A DNA stretch of 64,000 nucleotides from a virus (Duplodnaviria; Caudoviricetes), in IMG/VR virus record IMGVR_UViG_3300033463_000051, positions 37,083 through 101,082 of that record; one strand, given 5' to 3'. The notes beneath the pieces are model-generated. The model was not told the origin of the DNA. It made no database searches and saw nothing but the letters and a program-made list of their open reading frames with translations. Of the stretch, positions 1-11,125 are shown in pieces. Numbering within the stretch: position 1 is the first letter of the stretch; each line of letters begins with the position of its first letter. A program made the position numbers and the translations under genes.

Positions 1-1336
1 TTACAGAAAGTTCTATGTTGATTTAGTGGAGAATCCCCCTGACGAGGTCTATGAGACGGAAGAATCGGTATTCACTGTGGTACCTACCACAACGCTTAAT
101 TCGACTCACGGGTATGGCACCGGATACTATCTGCCCGGAGCTACCTTTGATTGGGACACCAGTACCGTGGAACATACTTCCAGATATCGTCTCTACGTTG
201 ACGGCAAACGTCAGGCTGACCTGATTCCTTACGAGACAACTTATGATGAAACTCAAAAAGTTTGGCTGTCGGAGAAAGCGTTGATAGACGACCCAAATAA
301 TGCTAAGGCTTCCGATGCGTGGCTTGTTACACATATTACAAGCCCGTCATCCGCTACGGTTATTTATCCTCCGGATGGAGCCGGTCTTGTAAGTAAGACG
401 ATTCAGATAAACCGGGTCAGCGATGAGTATGGAGAAATGTTCAACGTAGATACAAGTAAGGCATATACTACATGGCTGAAATCGAGGGCTAATAGTACAC
501 ATTACCCGGGAAGGTATTATTATCAAGATTATAGTTTACCTCCGACATTTGCGTTTGACATGAACGAGAGATATATGCTCGTTGTAGGAGATAACAAGCC
601 AATATTTTTCCGTCCGTTCCAGATAACGTATTTAGAGCCGTATTTCAATTCACCCACTGAGGTCACATATGTTTGGATCGCAAGTGATTCAAGATGCGGG
701 GATGGCGATTGGATCGTGACGAGGCAGTATTCCTATGAAGATTCGAGGTACTACATTTATTTCTATCCCCCAATGATTGGGCCGCAATCAACCGCAACCA
801 GAAACGCTATGGATGCGATGTATTTAAACAAACCGGTAAGGTTGTATAAGATTAATAAATTCTATTTAAACTGCCGCCTTATTAATGCGGAACGACTTGA
901 ATACTATAATGGAATTGTAGGGTACAGGGGTACGCTTGAGTCCGACAGCAATATGTGGTGGCAGGATGAGAACACTCAGACATTTAACATTAACAATGCG
1001 TCATCGTCTACTATCACGCCCATTACAGTATCCGTGGACAGCGACCTGGACGACTATATCTATCCACAAATTACTATCACCACGGGCGACAGTACATCGG
1101 ACGTTTCTTTATGGAATACATCCGATGACAGTTCTCGGTTAACTACTTTTAATAATATAAGCGCGGGTACTACGATAGTAATCAAGGGCGGCGTTAACTA
1201 CCTCTCCCCTGCTTCGGCGTATAATTCGTTTTATAATAAAAACTTCCCGCGTCTTATTAACGGAAATAATATCATTAATGTGGAGGGGCTTGTTAATTCT
1301 GTAAGTGTAACCTTTAACAACAGGAGGAATTTGTAA
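1..1336 (+). CDS. Distal tail (Dit-like)/baseplate hub protein, 5'-truncated
   Basis: Frame is open from the window start. C-terminus (YIYPQITI...FPRLINGNNII) resembles siphophage Dit-type C-termini. Lies directly upstream of a Tal-like gene. Confidence 0.55.
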   Translation, partial: YRKFYVDLVENPPDEVYETEESVFTVVPTTTLNSTHGYGTGYYLPGATFDWDTSTVEHTSRYRLYVDGKRQADLIPYETTYDETQKVWLSEKALIDDPNNAKASDAWLVTHITSPSSATVIYPPDGAGLVSKTIQINRVSDEYGEMFNVDTSKAYTTWLKSRANSTHYPGRYYYQDYSLPPTFAFDMNERYMLVVGDNKPIFFRPFQITYLEPYFNSPTEVTYVWIASDSRCGDGDWIVTRQYSYEDSRYYIYFYPPMIGPQSTATRNAMDAMYLNKPVRLYKINKFYLNCRLINAERLEYYNGIVGYRGTLESDSNMWWQDENTQTFNINNASSSTITPITVSVDSDLDDYIYPQITITTGDSTSDVSLWNTSDDSSRLTTFNNISAGTTIVIKGGVNYLSPASAYNSFYNKNFPRLINGNNIINVEGLVNSVSVTFNNRRNL

Positions 1337-3879
1337 TGATAGTTCAATACAACTCCCTCAACAGAATGGAAAAGCCACAGTTAATACTCTGCAATCCCGG
1401 GAGCGTTTACAGTGCTAACAGACTGCTGGACGGCGTTGTTGGCATACTTGCCGACCATGAGGCCGAGGAACTTGTATTCAACTTTAACGCCACGTCAGAA
1501 CTAAACTTCAGGCTCAATAAAGTACAGCGTAGCGACCCGGCAGAAAATGCTTATACTGCAAACTTATTCAGGGCTGCACAGAACAGGCGTCTGATATTTG
1601 TGGCAGAAAGTGGTGCGGGTGCGGATTACGAGGTTGGACAGGCTGCAGAAGATGCAATCGGATATTTTATGATCACCAATGTCGAAGACGGATTCGAGAA
1701 CGGTGTTCAATATAAAGACATTAAAGCGCAGTCAATCGATATCGAATTACAACAAAAAATGATTCCGTATATCGAGGACGGTACATATGAATTCACTACC
1801 CTTCTGGAAACAATCGTTCAGTCTCTTCCCCTGTGGAGCATTGGTAGTATAGACCCTAATGTTGCATCAAAATATAGAACGTTTTCCGATGTTGATACAT
1901 CGCTCAACTGCCTGACATTTCTAATGGATAACATGCAGGACGCTTACGAATGCATCATCGTATTTGATATCGTGTTCCGGACAATAAATGTCTACGACCA
2001 AAACAACTATGTTGTGCAGACAAATGTACACATTACGAAAGAGGACTTTATTAATTCACTAAACATTACCGAAGACGCAGAGGATATTTATACCGCCATT
2101 AGCGTACTTGGTGATGACAATATAGTCATATCGCCAATCAACCCTCTCGGGACAAACACAATATATAATTTTGACTACTATCTGGATTGGATGAGTCCCG
2201 ATTTAAAAACGGCAATGATTACTTGGAAGACTGCGGTAGCAAATGCGGAAGATAATTATAAGGCGTTGAATCTTGCATATTATCAGGCACTTGATGTGGC
2301 GTCTGGGTATATAGCCGATATTAATCAACTTACTACACTGGTTAATATGTACGAAAGATGCAAGAATAATATGGGCATTGATAAGGACTCCGCTAACTCA
2401 GAAGCTGCTATCCGGGCTGTTGATGCAGCCGCAGAAAGTGCCGGAGTTGAGGGGTGGGATATAGATACCACCCAAGAAATTGCCAATATTATAAGCGCTA
2501 TTGACACTAAAATCAGTACATATAACGGGCAAATCGATACTATAGAAGGTGAGTTGGAGGAAGAAAACGCGACTATCGAGTCATATCGGGAAGATATCAA
2601 CGAAATAATATCTGATCTATCCCTCACCGAGTACTTAACGGATGCTCAATATGGCGAATTGTCAAATTACATATTTCAGGGAGATTACAAAGATGAGTAT
2701 GTAATCATCACTGACAGTATGAGTTATCAAGAACAATTCGAGCAGATGCAGACTTTATACGATAGGGCTATGTTGCAACTTGAACGTGTGTCCAAGCCTA
2801 CGCAGGAATTCAATATCGATGTTGAGAACTTCATATTTAGTAAGGACTTTGAGACGTGGAGCGACCAGTTGGAAACAGGATGCCTCATCAATGTGGAATT
2901 AGATGAAGATGATGTCGCGGCACTATTTCTCTCTAACATAACAATTAACTTTGATGACCATAAGTTAACAATGACGTTTGGGAATCGTTTTAATAAATTT
3001 GATTCTAAGTCGTTGTTTGACGATATGCTGGGCAACATCAATCGCTCAGCCAACACAATAGATTATATAAAAGAAATACTCTATCCGGTGAAGAATGGTC
3101 AAATCAACCGTATGCAGGAAACATTATCCAATTCCAGGCGGTTGACGGCGTCTAATGCATTAGCCTCAACAAATCAGGAAGTGGTCATAGACGAGTCCGG
3201 ATATCTTGGCAGGAAGGCAGACGCTATTAATGGCGGATATGACCCCCAGCAAGTAAAGATTACAAACAATTCTATAGTTTTTACGAATAATGATTGGGTG
3301 GATACACAAACCGCGATTGGTGAAATCAATATGCCTGACGGAGCGGTAGCGTATGGCGTTAACGCGGCTGCCATATTCGGAGATATAATAGTGGGAACCC
3401 AACTGCATATAACTGATGGCAACGGAAACGATGTACTGCGAGTTATGGAAGATAGTTTTACGACCCAGATATCCGATCTTGAAAATGGAAGGATATCAGC
3501 TCTCGAAAATAGCGCTAACGGACTATCCGTAACCGTAGGAGAGCTCAGTCGTGACCTAACAGACATCTCAGATAATCTGGATAATTTGTCGGCTACATCA
3601 GTTACGACCGGGATGGGATACTCTTTTACAGACGAAGGGTTGCTTATCAACAGTGTTGGCGAGGGCAAGATCTCCAATAGGCTGGACAATACGGGAATGT
3701 ATGTTACAGACTCTGACGATAACGCAGTTCTTACAGCTAATAACAATGGTGTTGTCGCCGTGAACTTAACAGCCAACAATTATCTTACTATTGGTTTATA
3801 TAGTCGTTTTCAGGATTATTCTACGGCTAGTGACACAATGAGAACGGGGTGCTTCTTTGTTGTTCCCGATACAGATTAA
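1336..3879 (+). CDS. Tail spike/Tal-like baseplate protein with coiled coil
   Basis: 847 aa. N-terminus is like phage minor structural/tail endopeptidase proteins; central coiled coil; follows the Dit-like gene. Confidence 0.6.
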   Translation: MIVQYNSLNRMEKPQLILCNPGSVYSANRLLDGVVGILADHEAEELVFNFNATSELNFRLNKVQRSDPAENAYTANLFRAAQNRRLIFVAESGAGADYEVGQAAEDAIGYFMITNVEDGFENGVQYKDIKAQSIDIELQQKMIPYIEDGTYEFTTLLETIVQSLPLWSIGSIDPNVASKYRTFSDVDTSLNCLTFLMDNMQDAYECIIVFDIVFRTINVYDQNNYVVQTNVHITKEDFINSLNITEDAEDIYTAISVLGDDNIVISPINPLGTNTIYNFDYYLDWMSPDLKTAMITWKTAVANAEDNYKALNLAYYQALDVASGYIADINQLTTLVNMYERCKNNMGIDKDSANSEAAIRAVDAAAESAGVEGWDIDTTQEIANIISAIDTKISTYNGQIDTIEGELEEENATIESYREDINEIISDLSLTEYLTDAQYGELSNYIFQGDYKDEYVIITDSMSYQEQFEQMQTLYDRAMLQLERVSKPTQEFNIDVENFIFSKDFETWSDQLETGCLINVELDEDDVAALFLSNITINFDDHKLTMTFGNRFNKFDSKSLFDDMLGNINRSANTIDYIKEILYPVKNGQINRMQETLSNSRRLTASNALASTNQEVVIDESGYLGRKADAINGGYDPQQVKITNNSIVFTNNDWVDTQTAIGEINMPDGAVAYGVNAAAIFGDIIVGTQLHITDGNGNDVLRVMEDSFTTQISDLENGRISALENSANGLSVTVGELSRDLTDISDNLDNLSATSVTTGMGYSFTDEGLLINSVGEGKISNRLDNTGMYVTDSDDNAVLTANNNGVVAVNLTANNYLTIGLYSRFQDYSTASDTMRTGCFFVVPDTD

Positions 3880-3904
3880 TAATGGAATCAAAGGGGGTGA
3901 GTAA

Positions 3905-6900
3905 ATGGCTTCTGGTAGTTTTACAGGAACCACTAACAATTCCAGTATACAGTCAAAAATATCTTGGTCTGAAAGCAATACCAATGTTTCCGCAAATACA
4001 TCCCAGGTGACAGTTACACTAACATATAGCCGTACGAATACGGGATATGAAACGTACGGAACATGGGCGGGGTATTTGGTAATCCAGGCGGATAATAGTA
4101 GCGGAACTACACTTGCCAGATATCCCGCCGAAGGAACTACTTCAAAACAGATAAGTATCACGTATAATTCCAATACGGTTGCGATATCACAGACATTTAC
4201 GATAACGCACAAATCAGACGGAAGCAGAAAACTATATATAACGGCCGAAGGTGGTATTTCAGGAACTTCTTTTACAAGTACATATATAAGTGGAACCGCA
4301 ACCCTCGATACGATACAAACAGCGTATAGGTTAACTCTGACGCACGACAGTTACTCCAGCATTACCGTGCAGAGGGGTGGTGTGGATATCACAAACGGCG
4401 TTATCTATAAGGGTGAAACGCTGACGGTAACCTTTTCTGCCAATAGCGGTTACGCTCTAGCAACACACACGGTTAATGGCACCACTAAAGCATCCGGTAG
4501 CACATTCACTGTGTCTGGCGATACAACCGTCGAAAGCACCGCCGTTAAAGAATATAAACTATCGATCTCAACGACAAACTGTAATGTTACGGTTACCAGA
4601 ACATCATCCCCTATCTCTGGTGCTTCTACCGTATTGGTCAACAACTCAACCCTATATAAGGGGGATGTTATCAGGGTGACATTTTCGCCGACGGACTCCT
4701 CCGAATATGCGCTATCAACGCATACTGTTAACGGAGTAACTAAAAGTTCCGGAAGTAGCGTTACAGTATCTGGAAACGTTGCGGTGGTCGGCTCTGCGGT
4801 ACGTACCTCTACCCTTTCCATAAATGCGTCCGGGTGTACTATAACAGTCAAGAGAACATCCTCTCCTGTAGGTTCGACCGGAACTATCAGCAACGGCGCT
4901 ACTATGTATTATGGAGATGTGTTTACTGTAACGTGTACAGCAAACAGTGGATATACGCCCAGTTCCCCAACTCCCACTGTTACCGGAGCGAGTCTTCCGG
5001 AGGGGGCTACGTCTCCATATACAGTAAATGCTTCGTCGGTAACAGTTACTGCATCTGCCACTCCGGGTGTGTCAACGGTAAGGGCGACAAATGCAAACAT
5101 AGGTTCGGTATCTACCATTACTGTCACAAGACAGAAGAATACTTACTATCATAGTCTGCATGTATACCTTGCGGGCGATGGTCTTCACGATCACAGTACG
5201 GGGTATATAACATCTTCTGGCGGATATCAATTAAATGAAACCTGCTTCCAAGCAACGACCATCTCGTGGACTGTACCTGACGCGTTCTACAAAAGAATGT
5301 CCACGATCACTTCTGCCATATGTACAATCACGTGTAAAACATATACCGGTAACGGCACTGGTGAGATAGGAACGTCTACGTGTACCATGACGGTAACTGC
5401 GACCGGTGCTCCGATAGTAAATGTAACCTTGGCGGATCAGAATTCTAGTATAGTTTCCAATCTAACCGGAGACGCAACTCGAATAATCAAGGGTGTGTCC
5501 AATGCGCAGGTAACGGTCAGCGCAAAGCCTGCTCACTATGTAAGTGCAGATGACGACTACTCTACCATTAAAAGAATATATATAAACGGTGTAAATCAGG
5601 CTCTTCCTACTCCCGAGAGCGGGGTGTATACCAAGAGCAAGACCTTTACAAAGTCCAACGAGTCGAGTTTTTACGCAACCGCCATGGATTCGCGAGGATA
5701 TTCTTCTGCCAAAACATATCCGAGTTCATATAAAGTTATCCCATATATAGCGCCTACATGCAGTATAACGCTTTCGTGGGACTCTATTGGAGAGTATGAT
5801 GCCAGCATTAAACTTGTACTCAAAGGCAGTATATATAGAGGTACGGGCTCGAACCGTTTTGATGGAAATACATCCGCGTCCGGATCTGATAATAGTTTCC
5901 GGTATTTGCAATATAGGTACAGGGAGTCAGGCTCCAGTACATGGACGATAAGTTATACGACCCCAAGCAGTATTTCTTATAATAATACGTCGAACTCATA
6001 TTCAGCCACAGTAATAATACCGGGACTAAGTTATGAGTCATCTTATTCTTTCCAGGTCAGGTATCAGGATCAGGTAATGCGTTATGACGATGGTAGCATA
6101 TTAACTGTTTCTAAAACTTTGTCCAGGGCGAAGCCAATATTTGATTGGGGGAAGAACGACTTTAACTTTAACGTGCCTGTGAATGCCGGAAACGGAATCA
6201 CAACAACGAATCTTACAGCAACCGGCACATTCAATCAACTCTCTGTTGTTGAGGGGCTGAAGTCCGTATCGTACCACGGATCGGGTGACTCAGGGTCATA
6301 TTGTTCTGACGTAAATACAACCTTGCTTCGTGTGACTCCGTACCTTGCTATTTGTCGCGTCGGTTTGCGTGTAATCAATTCAATTCCCCACAGGCAAAAC
6401 ACCATAGAGATTTGCAGATGGGCTGGGTGTACATCAAACTATGCGGGGTATCAGGATGTTTCACTGGAAGACGATAGCGGCACTTTACAGGTAAGATTTA
6501 ACAGGGATTCAAGCACAAGTTCACTTGTAATGACGATCTCTAACTATAGCGGTACGGCTATTGGTGGCGGTACTTATTCGTATGTACGAGCCATGATACC
6601 ACTTGTGACGACCATAAAAGATATAGCCGACATTACCAGTCCTGCTATTACACTTCAACCGGTAAGTACAGCAGCGAATTCGGATACAGTATATTTTGAG
6701 GTTGGAGCAACGGCTCCATCGGGTTCGACTCTTACGTATCAGTGGTGGTATAGTTCGAACGGCAGCACGTGGAATCCAGTTGGAACCGCAACCGGTAGAG
6801 ATACATATCGCCTACAGTTCGGCGCCTCGTCTGGGGCAAACGGACGGTTATATCGCTGCGAAATATCTGATGGCACTACGACCGTAACATCCAATGTTGC

Positions 6901-7213
6901 GGGATACTATTACGCGGATGGCGTAAAGATAATCACACAACCCGCATCACAGTCGGTAAGTTCCGGTACACCCGTATCATTCTCTGTGGTAGCCGCTGGA
7001 GATAACCAGTTGTCCGGAGGCGGACTGTCGTATCAGTGGCAGCGTAGCGACGACGGAACAACTTGGACTAACGCAAGTTCTACCGGATACAATACCGCTA
7101 CAATGTCCTTTACTGCCGCTTCTGCATATGACGGAAGAAAGTATCGGTGCATCGTGACCGCGGCTTCCGGTACGCAGGAAACATCAAGCGCCGCTACTCT
7201 TACCGTGACTTAA
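3905..7213 (+). CDS. Large Ser/Thr-rich tail fibre/minor structural protein with C-terminal Ig-like domains
   Basis: 1102 aa beta-rich protein. Contains the 'KPIFDWGKNDFNFNVPV' tail motif and two Ig-like repeats (ITxQP...YQW...YRC). Confidence 0.6.
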   Translation: MASGSFTGTTNNSSIQSKISWSESNTNVSANTSQVTVTLTYSRTNTGYETYGTWAGYLVIQADNSSGTTLARYPAEGTTSKQISITYNSNTVAISQTFTITHKSDGSRKLYITAEGGISGTSFTSTYISGTATLDTIQTAYRLTLTHDSYSSITVQRGGVDITNGVIYKGETLTVTFSANSGYALATHTVNGTTKASGSTFTVSGDTTVESTAVKEYKLSISTTNCNVTVTRTSSPISGASTVLVNNSTLYKGDVIRVTFSPTDSSEYALSTHTVNGVTKSSGSSVTVSGNVAVVGSAVRTSTLSINASGCTITVKRTSSPVGSTGTISNGATMYYGDVFTVTCTANSGYTPSSPTPTVTGASLPEGATSPYTVNASSVTVTASATPGVSTVRATNANIGSVSTITVTRQKNTYYHSLHVYLAGDGLHDHSTGYITSSGGYQLNETCFQATTISWTVPDAFYKRMSTITSAICTITCKTYTGNGTGEIGTSTCTMTVTATGAPIVNVTLADQNSSIVSNLTGDATRIIKGVSNAQVTVSAKPAHYVSADDDYSTIKRIYINGVNQALPTPESGVYTKSKTFTKSNESSFYATAMDSRGYSSAKTYPSSYKVIPYIAPTCSITLSWDSIGEYDASIKLVLKGSIYRGTGSNRFDGNTSASGSDNSFRYLQYRYRESGSSTWTISYTTPSSISYNNTSNSYSATVIIPGLSYESSYSFQVRYQDQVMRYDDGSILTVSKTLSRAKPIFDWGKNDFNFNVPVNAGNGITTTNLTATGTFNQLSVVEGLKSVSYHGSGDSGSYCSDVNTTLLRVTPYLAICRVGLRVINSIPHRQNTIEICRWAGCTSNYAGYQDVSLEDDSGTLQVRFNRDSSTSSLVMTISNYSGTAIGGGTYSYVRAMIPLVTTIKDIADITSPAITLQPVSTAANSDTVYFEVGATAPSGSTLTYQWWYSSNGSTWNPVGTATGRDTYRLQFGASSGANGRLYRCEISDGTTTVTSNVAGYYYADGVKIITQPASQSVSSGTPVSFSVVAAGDNQLSGGGLSYQWQRSDDGTTWTNASSTGYNTATMSFTAASAYDGRKYRCIVTAASGTQETSSAATLTVT

Positions 7214-7216
7214 TCC

Positions 7217-7262
7217 ATTTTATGTTTTTGATATATTTGATTTTATGTTTTTGACATATTTA
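7217..7262. repeat. 23-bp imperfect tandem duplication in intergenic spacer
   Basis: attttatgtttttgatatatttg followed by attttatgtttttgacatattta. Confidence 0.8.
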
Positions 7263-7332
7263 ATATAAATGCGTATTCCGCACATACGTTCAGTATGTGC
7301 TTTATTATTATTCAGAATTAGGAGGTGGTGAT

Positions 7333-7701
7333 ATGTCTGTAAAAGTAGAGAACAATATCGTACACATGACACGCGGAGACACACTTAAAGTCCGCGTTGA
7401 CCCGATACTTGTTTCTGACGAGGGCGTGGAGACTCCTTACGTCCCCGTGCCGGGTGATGTAATAAGATTCGCATTGAAGACGCCAAGAATGACGTATGGC
7501 GACAAACAATTCAAAGACCCCGAGCCTTTGATAATCAAGAACATTCCTATAGATACTCTTATTCTCAGGCTCGATCCTTTAGACACTAAGGGCTTCGATT
7601 TTGGGCAGTATGTATATGATATTCAACTGACAGACTCCAATGGAGAAGTAGATACTTTTATCACAGAGACCGCGTTCTATATTGAGCCGGAGGTCGATTA
7701 A
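7333..7701 (+). CDS. BppU-N-like baseplate/fibre adaptor protein
   Basis: MTRGDT...YVYDIQL...VDT pattern. SD ggaggtg precedes ATG 7333. Confidence 0.5.
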   Translation: MSVKVENNIVHMTRGDTLKVRVDPILVSDEGVETPYVPVPGDVIRFALKTPRMTYGDKQFKDPEPLIIKNIPIDTLILRLDPLDTKGFDFGQYVYDIQLTDSNGEVDTFITETAFYIEPEVD

Positions 7702-7704
7702 TCT

Positions 7705-8007
7705 ATGGAGAATGTACAAGACACCTTAAGGGGTCGCTTATCTCCCGTGGATACGATGACGGGACGGGTCTCCGGCGAAACAAGCACCGTCTCGGGCAGG
7801 CTGACCATCCCATCCGGTTCTGGCGCGGGTGGTCTCCCACCCGGCGGTCTTACGGGAGACTTATTAGCAAAGCGTTCCGACTCCGACTATGCAGTAGAAT
7901 GGATCACCCCCGCTACATCAGCGGAGGAAGATAATACGCGTCCGATTACGGCAGCAGCAGTCTATACCGAAATCGGCAATATAAACGCTTTGTTAGCAAT
8001 AATATAA
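7705..8007 (+). CDS. Small tail-associated protein
   Basis: GGLTGDLLAKRSDSDYAVEW motif, common in tail fibre proteins. Confidence 0.45.
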   Translation: MENVQDTLRGRLSPVDTMTGRVSGETSTVSGRLTIPSGSGAGGLPPGGLTGDLLAKRSDSDYAVEWITPATSAEEDNTRPITAAAVYTEIGNINALLAII

Positions 8008-8023
8008 AGGGGGGATTTAACCT

Positions 8024-9514
8024 ATGAGTACTGCAACTGAAATAGCAAGAATAGTAGACGCAAGAAATACTATTCGCGATCAACTCATTGCATTCGGTCT
8101 GGCAAGCAGCACAGACCAAATAGATGACCTTGCGACTATTGTAGAAGGCATCGATTATCAGGGTGCTATATCCGCAACGGTTCAGGAAGGCGACACATAT
8201 ACCATCCCCGCCGGATATCATAACGGTTCGGGAACGGTCTCTGGCGTACAGGGCGGCGGTAACTATACGCTGCAGTCCAAGACGCGCACACCAACGAAGC
8301 AACAGCAATCCGTAACTCCGGACAACGGATACTACGGTCTGTCAGATGTTACCATCGAGCCCATACCCGATGCATATCAGAATGTTTCCGGCGTTACACT
8401 GACAGCCGGAGAAGCTCTCTCCGGAAAGGTCTTCGTTGATTCTACGGGCTCAACCGTAGCCGGTACGATGACCAATGTCGGAGCAGTATCGAAAACACTG
8501 GACGCTACTACAAGTAACCAATCGTATACTGTACCGCAGGGATATCATAACGGATCCGGCACAGTCTCTATTACTCTGGAGACAAAGTCCGCCACGCCGA
8601 CGACCTCTTCGCAGGATATTACACCTACGACCGGAAAGGTGCTGTCCAAGGTTACGGTAGGGGCTATCCCGTCACAGTATAAGGATACGACTAATGTTGA
8701 CGCTACGTCCGGCGATGTGCTGTACGGGAAAACGATAGTTACGTCAAGCGGCGAAGTTACGGGTTCTATGACCAATAATGGTGCGGTCACCGAAACTCTT
8801 GATGCGACCACTGGTAATCAATCCTACACTGTTCCCGAAGGCTACCATGATGGAACCGGAACGGTCAGCATTACTCTTGAGACGAAGAGCGCTACTCCGA
8901 CCACATCGCAACAAACCATTACTCCAACAAGTGGCAAAGTTCTGTCTTCAGTAACGGTTGCGGCTATTCCCTCACAGTATAAGGATACAACTAACGCCGA
9001 TGCCGTAGCGTCCAACGTGCTTGCTGGTAAGATATTTGTAAATGGTACTGGTGAAGTTGAGGGTACAATGACCAACAATGGCGCAGTATCCAGGACGCTC
9101 GATGCGACCACTAATAACCAGTCTTACACTGTACCGGGCGGATATCATAACGGCAGCGGTACTGTGAGCATTGTGCTTGAGACAAAGTCTACAACGCCGA
9201 CCACATCTTCACAGACCATTACTCCAACAAACGGCAAGGTACTTTCTTCTGTCACTGTCGGCGCTATTCCGTCACAATATGGCGATACAACTGGCGACGA
9301 TGCGGTGGCTGCAAACCTGCTCGCTGGTGTTAAAGCGCACACGATAGTCAATGGCGTTGCGACTCAGATAACGGGTCAAATGGTAAATAATGGCGCTATC
9401 TCCGCAACTATTGACGGACTTACGACTACATCATACAGCGTTGCTGCTGGATATACTTCGGGGGGTACAGTTTCTCTTACGGATGATATAGAAAATGCGC
9501 TTGCCGCTATATAA
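8024..9514 (+). CDS. Repeat-rich tail fibre/structural protein
   Basis: About four ~100-aa repeats (YTVPxGYHNGxGTVSIxLETKSxTPTT...GxMTNNGAV). Confidence 0.6.
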   Translation: MSTATEIARIVDARNTIRDQLIAFGLASSTDQIDDLATIVEGIDYQGAISATVQEGDTYTIPAGYHNGSGTVSGVQGGGNYTLQSKTRTPTKQQQSVTPDNGYYGLSDVTIEPIPDAYQNVSGVTLTAGEALSGKVFVDSTGSTVAGTMTNVGAVSKTLDATTSNQSYTVPQGYHNGSGTVSITLETKSATPTTSSQDITPTTGKVLSKVTVGAIPSQYKDTTNVDATSGDVLYGKTIVTSSGEVTGSMTNNGAVTETLDATTGNQSYTVPEGYHDGTGTVSITLETKSATPTTSQQTITPTSGKVLSSVTVAAIPSQYKDTTNADAVASNVLAGKIFVNGTGEVEGTMTNNGAVSRTLDATTNNQSYTVPGGYHNGSGTVSIVLETKSTTPTTSSQTITPTNGKVLSSVTVGAIPSQYGDTTGDDAVAANLLAGVKAHTIVNGVATQITGQMVNNGAISATIDGLTTTSYSVAAGYTSGGTVSLTDDIENALAAI

Positions 9515-9529
9515 CTAGGAGGTGATCTT

Positions 9530-11113
9530 ATGAGCATCGCCTCGGAAATTACAAGGATTAGTGGGAATGTTTCCGATTCGCTGTCTGCGGTCGCCGCGAA
9601 AGGCGTGACTGTTCCCTCCGGGTCGAATAGTGACGACTTAGCTGGACTTATTGCGCTTATAAATTCAGGCGGGTTGGATATTCCTATATTTACTCAAACC
9701 TGGGATGATAACTGGGAGACAGTGGTCTCTTTGACGTGCAACAAAACATACTCTCAATGTGTCAGCATTAACAATGCAGGATACTATAGTGGTGTTCTGC
9801 TGATTACCGACCAGTCTCATACAGAAGAGAACTATTTCGGAATGGGTGTACGGGAATATGCGGATATGCTGGTATATACAGGAGTTACAAATAACATCCC
9901 GGGGTTTGAGGTTCAATACAACAGCAATAATACTATGGTATACTCCGATAATCCAAGAGGTATTGATTCGCTGAACGCTACTTCTAACGGGACATATAAC
10001 GCTCCGACCGGAAAACTCTATAAAACGGTCACTGTTAATGTGTCCGGTGGAAGTGGCGTTGTGGTAACAGAAGAGCCGGATTCCGGTGGAGGCGTTATCA
10101 AAAACATCACCGCCGTGGATCTTTCAAACGATACCGTAGATGCGGCACACCTATTATATGGATATACGGCACACGACAGTACGGGTACGGCCATAACGGG
10201 TTCATATACACCATCATCGCCTTCGACGCAAACAAAAACGGCTACTCCGACAGAAAGCGAACAACTCATAGAACCCGATAGCGGATATCTGCTCTCGTCG
10301 GTAACTGTTGAAGCTATAAGCAGTACATATATAGGGTCGGATATACCAACAAGAACTTCGTCGGATATGTCAGTTGTAGGTCGCACCGTGGTAGCCCCGG
10401 CTGGGTTCTACGCATCTCCGTCATCTGCACAGGTAGCACAGGGAACCGCCGGAACCCCTACCGCAACAAAAGGAACGGTAAGTAACCATAGCATATCCGT
10501 AACGCCCTCAGTTACAAATACTGCTGGATATATATCCGGTAGCACAATTAATGGTACTGCGGTTACCGTAGATGCCTCTGAACTTGTTAGCGGAACATAT
10601 AACGTAACTTCATCCGGCACTAAAGATGTTACCAATTATGCGTCCGCATCTGTGCCTGCTGGAACAGCAACAGCGCCATCCACAATAACCGGGACGAGCG
10701 CGACAGTATCCACAGGTACAAACACTCTCACTTTGACCAAGACTGTATCAGTCACTCCGTCTGTGACTACCGCAGGATATGTGAGCAGCGGAACGGCAGG
10801 AAACAGTTCTGTCAGCCTTACTGCGTCTGTAACCACACAGGCCGCGCAAACAATACACCCATCAACGAGCGACCAGACAATTGCGAGTGGGCGTTATCTC
10901 ACCGGTGCCCAAACCATAAAGGCGGTTACTACCTCAAATCTTTCCGCAAGTAATATTTTATCGGGGGTCACAATCAAAGTGGGCGATTCGTCCGACGATG
11001 ATTGCGTTGCGAGCGTAACTGGTAATGTAACGTTTCAGACATACTACACGGGGTCAAGTGCGCCCTCCTCTTCTCTTGGGGTGAATGGCGACATTTACCT
11101 ACAAACATCGTAA
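9530..11113 (+). CDS. Tail fibre-like Ser/Thr-rich protein
   Basis: N-terminus (MSIASEITRI) resembles that of the preceding gene. Ends with 'APSSSLGVNGDIYLQ'. Confidence 0.55.
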   Translation: MSIASEITRISGNVSDSLSAVAAKGVTVPSGSNSDDLAGLIALINSGGLDIPIFTQTWDDNWETVVSLTCNKTYSQCVSINNAGYYSGVLLITDQSHTEENYFGMGVREYADMLVYTGVTNNIPGFEVQYNSNNTMVYSDNPRGIDSLNATSNGTYNAPTGKLYKTVTVNVSGGSGVVVTEEPDSGGGVIKNITAVDLSNDTVDAAHLLYGYTAHDSTGTAITGSYTPSSPSTQTKTATPTESEQLIEPDSGYLLSSVTVEAISSTYIGSDIPTRTSSDMSVVGRTVVAPAGFYASPSSAQVAQGTAGTPTATKGTVSNHSISVTPSVTNTAGYISGSTINGTAVTVDASELVSGTYNVTSSGTKDVTNYASASVPAGTATAPSTITGTSATVSTGTNTLTLTKTVSVTPSVTTAGYVSSGTAGNSSVSLTASVTTQAAQTIHPSTSDQTIASGRYLTGAQTIKAVTTSNLSASNILSGVTIKVGDSSDDDCVASVTGNVTFQTYYTGSSAPSSSLGVNGDIYLQTS

Positions 11114-11125
11114 GGAGGCAGATGT